Below are positions 62,150-64,000 of a DNA stretch of 64,000 nucleotides, piece after piece. The notes under the pieces were generated by a model that was not told the origin of the DNA, did not search any database, and was given only the letters and a program-made list of their open reading frames with translations. The stretch comes from an uncultured Gemmatimonadales bacterium (GTDB taxonomy: Bacteria; Gemmatimonadota; Gemmatimonadetes; Gemmatimonadales; GWC2-71-9): the NCBI GenBank assembly GCA_963795085.1, contig CAWCFX010000001.1, positions 704,001 through 768,000 of the forward strand, read 5' to 3'. Position 1 is the stretch's first letter, and each line of letters starts with the position of its first letter. The position numbers were made by a program, and so were the translations under genes.

Positions 62150-62299
62150 TATCTGTGAGCAACGAGTTATAGTTGTGGTCAGAACATAGCCCCTCGGGGC
62201 CCCAGGGGTTAGCCTTCCAGCCTGGGTGATGAAAACTGAAAGGTCATGAGTCCCGGATCAGCCACTGGCTGGCCGGGATTTGTATTTCCAGCCCCTCCC

Positions 62300-64000
62300 C
62301 TAGAACAGGAACCCGGCCCGGACGTAGACGCCGGTGCGCTCCTCGCTGTTTGCCACGGCGACCGTGACGGTGTTGGCCGCATTGAGAAATCCAATGGACA
62401 GGCCCCCGCCAAAGCCAGTATGCCATTCGTCGGAGGTCTCGCCCTCCACGTAGACCCGACCGATATCGGCCAGACCGAACACCCCGACATTTGCCGGCAC
62501 CAGGATCGACATGCGGACCAGGTGGAGCCGCAGCTCGGCATTGCCGAACACCGCCGATTCCCCGGCGAACCGCTGCTCGTCCCAGCCTCGCAGGGTACTC
62601 CGGCCCCCCAGGTAGGCGGCTTCGTGAAACGGCGCATCGCCGAAGACTTTCTCGCCGCCGGCTCGGAGCGCCAGGGTGGGCCGCAGGGGAATCGACGCGC
62701 TCAGGTAGGTGGCCAGGTCGCCCTGTACTTTGCCGAAGGCGGTCTCCACGTCCCAGATGCCGGGGTAGGCCGTTCCCTGCAGGTTGAGCAGGATGCCCCG
62801 CCGGGCGGCGGCCGGCACGTCCCGGGTATCCAGGGTCAAGCCGAGCCGGGCTCCTACCTGGCCGAACTCGCCGGCGCCGTAGAGACCGGGCAGCGTGTTG
62901 ATGAAGCGATTGTCGTTTTCGTCCAGCCGGCTGAACTGGACTCGGGGGCCCCAGGTCATTGCCATGCGGCGCGAGAAGGGCACCGTGATGGAAGGCTCCA
63001 GCAGGAACTGGTCCTGCTGAACCTTGAAGAAGTCCCGGTCGCCGTTATTCACGGTCTCGTTGCCGAAGCCGTAGAACCGGAGAATCTCGATGCCAGATGC
63101 CCGGGCCAGGATATTGGTATGGACGCCGGAGTTCTCCCAGCGCCATTCACCCCGGAATTCCGCCCGGAAGGTGCTGGCCGACGTGGCGTAGCCGAAGCGG
63201 TACAGGTGGCGGCTGGCGTAGGGGTTCTTTCGGAACCCGTAATCGGTGCTGCTGAAGCCGCCGCCGATGAAGAGTCCAATGTCCGGGCTGATGGAGCTCC
63301 ACAGGCTGGGGCTCTTGTAATTGCCCCAGTCCCGCGGCGGCACCGGGGTGGTGGTATCGGGGCGGGTGTACTCCCGGGACCGGATGTCGCCGCCATGCCG
63401 CGCGACCAGGGTGGTCTTGTCGCCGGAATCATAGAGCCGGATCCCGCCCGCATCGGAGGAATCGAGAACCGCGTCTCTCCCCCCGCCGCCGATCACCCGG
63501 ATCTTGAGTTTTCCGCTCCCGTTGCCGCGTACGTAGACACTGTCGTCCCCGCCGTGGAGGTAGATCCGGACTTCGTGGGTGTCGTCGTCCCGGTATTCGC
63601 GGCGGGCCTGCCCGATCACCACCGGCCGGCCTCCCACGGAGTCCTTCCCCTCGATCAGTACCAGGACATTATCGCGGTCGGTCGACGTCCCTCGTGTAAT
63701 GGTGACCCGGTCTGCCCGGTCCGTGGCATGGATATCGGGCTCGGTGGCGAGGTACTGGTAGAAATCCTCCGCCATTTTGGCCATGTCGTCCCGCCGGGCT
63801 CGGAGGTTCGCGGCCAGCTCCCGCCCGCTGATGCGGTACTGTTGCACCGGGAGGGCCTGGACCGCGGAATCGATGACCGCGTCGGTGATCCGGCGCTGCA
63901 GGTCCTTCGCGACTGAATCGAAGACTGGGCGGTCCACGGCGGCCAGCAGCTGGCGGTCCAGCTCGCGCCCGTTGAAGGTGGCCCCGACCATCCGCGGGTA
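62300..64000 (-). CDS. Omp85 (BamA/TamA-like) outer-membrane protein, 5' end outside window
   Basis: LRGW...RFAG (VRG-loop equivalent), amphipathic strands and C-terminal VYVRAGFLF. Confidence 0.85.
   Translation of the reverse strand, partial: YPRMVGATFNGRELDRQLLAAVDRPVFDSVAKDLQRRITDAVIDSAVQALPVQQYRISGRELAANLRARRDDMAKMAEDFYQYLATEPDIHATDRADRVTITRGTSTDRDNVLVLIEGKDSVGGRPVVIGQARREYRDDDTHEVRIYLHGGDDSVYVRGNGSGKLKIRVIGGGGRDAVLDSSDAGGIRLYDSGDKTTLVARHGGDIRSREYTRPDTTTPVPPRDWGNYKSPSLWSSISPDIGLFIGGGFSSTDYGFRKNPYASRHLYRFGYATSASTFRAEFRGEWRWENSGVHTNILARASGIEILRFYGFGNETVNNGDRDFFKVQQDQFLLEPSITVPFSRRMAMTWGPRVQFSRLDENDNRFINTLPGLYGAGEFGQVGARLGLTLDTRDVPAAARRGILLNLQGTAYPGIWDVETAFGKVQGDLATYLSASIPLRPTLALRAGGEKVFGDAPFHEAAYLGGRSTLRGWDEQRFAGESAVFGNAELRLHLVRMSILVPANVGVFGLADIGRVYVEGETSDEWHTGFGGGLSIGFLNAANTVTVAVANSEERTGVYVRAGFLF

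Overview
A 64-kb, GC-rich, gene-dense stretch of bacterial chromosome. The gene repertoire and style suggest Gemmatimonadota, but that is inference only. It is mostly housekeeping and envelope genes: an NtrC-type activator with a sigma54-type promoter, agmatine catabolism (speB, aguA/aguB), a GH57-based glycogen cluster (glgP, glgA and three GH57 genes), ettA, a thrB-thrC fusion, a split pntAB transhydrogenase, a group-2 sigma factor, acnA, an ABC transporter, infA, a cold-shock gene, a diguanylate cyclase / CGNR zinc finger / tandem-kinase operon, and a BamA/TamA-like gene. I found no rRNA, tRNA, CRISPR array or transposase. Four things stand out that the ORF track misses. (1) A secreted peroxiredoxin split by an in-frame TGA exactly at the catalytic Cys position and followed by a SECIS-like hairpin, so a probable selenoprotein (30118-30681). 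(2) A frameshifted four-helix-bundle (23S rRNA IVS-protein-like) gene inserted between aguB and aguA and bracketed by inverted heptamer arrays; similar 7-9-nt arrays, often as inverted pairs, sit at many other gene junctions and may be footprints of an undescribed mRNA-level intervening element. (3) A 9x8-nt repeat at the 5' end of an outer-membrane protein gene, possibly phase variation. (4) A JAK-like pseudokinase-kinase in an operon with a diguanylate cyclase. All assignments were made by eye from motifs; no database searches were run.
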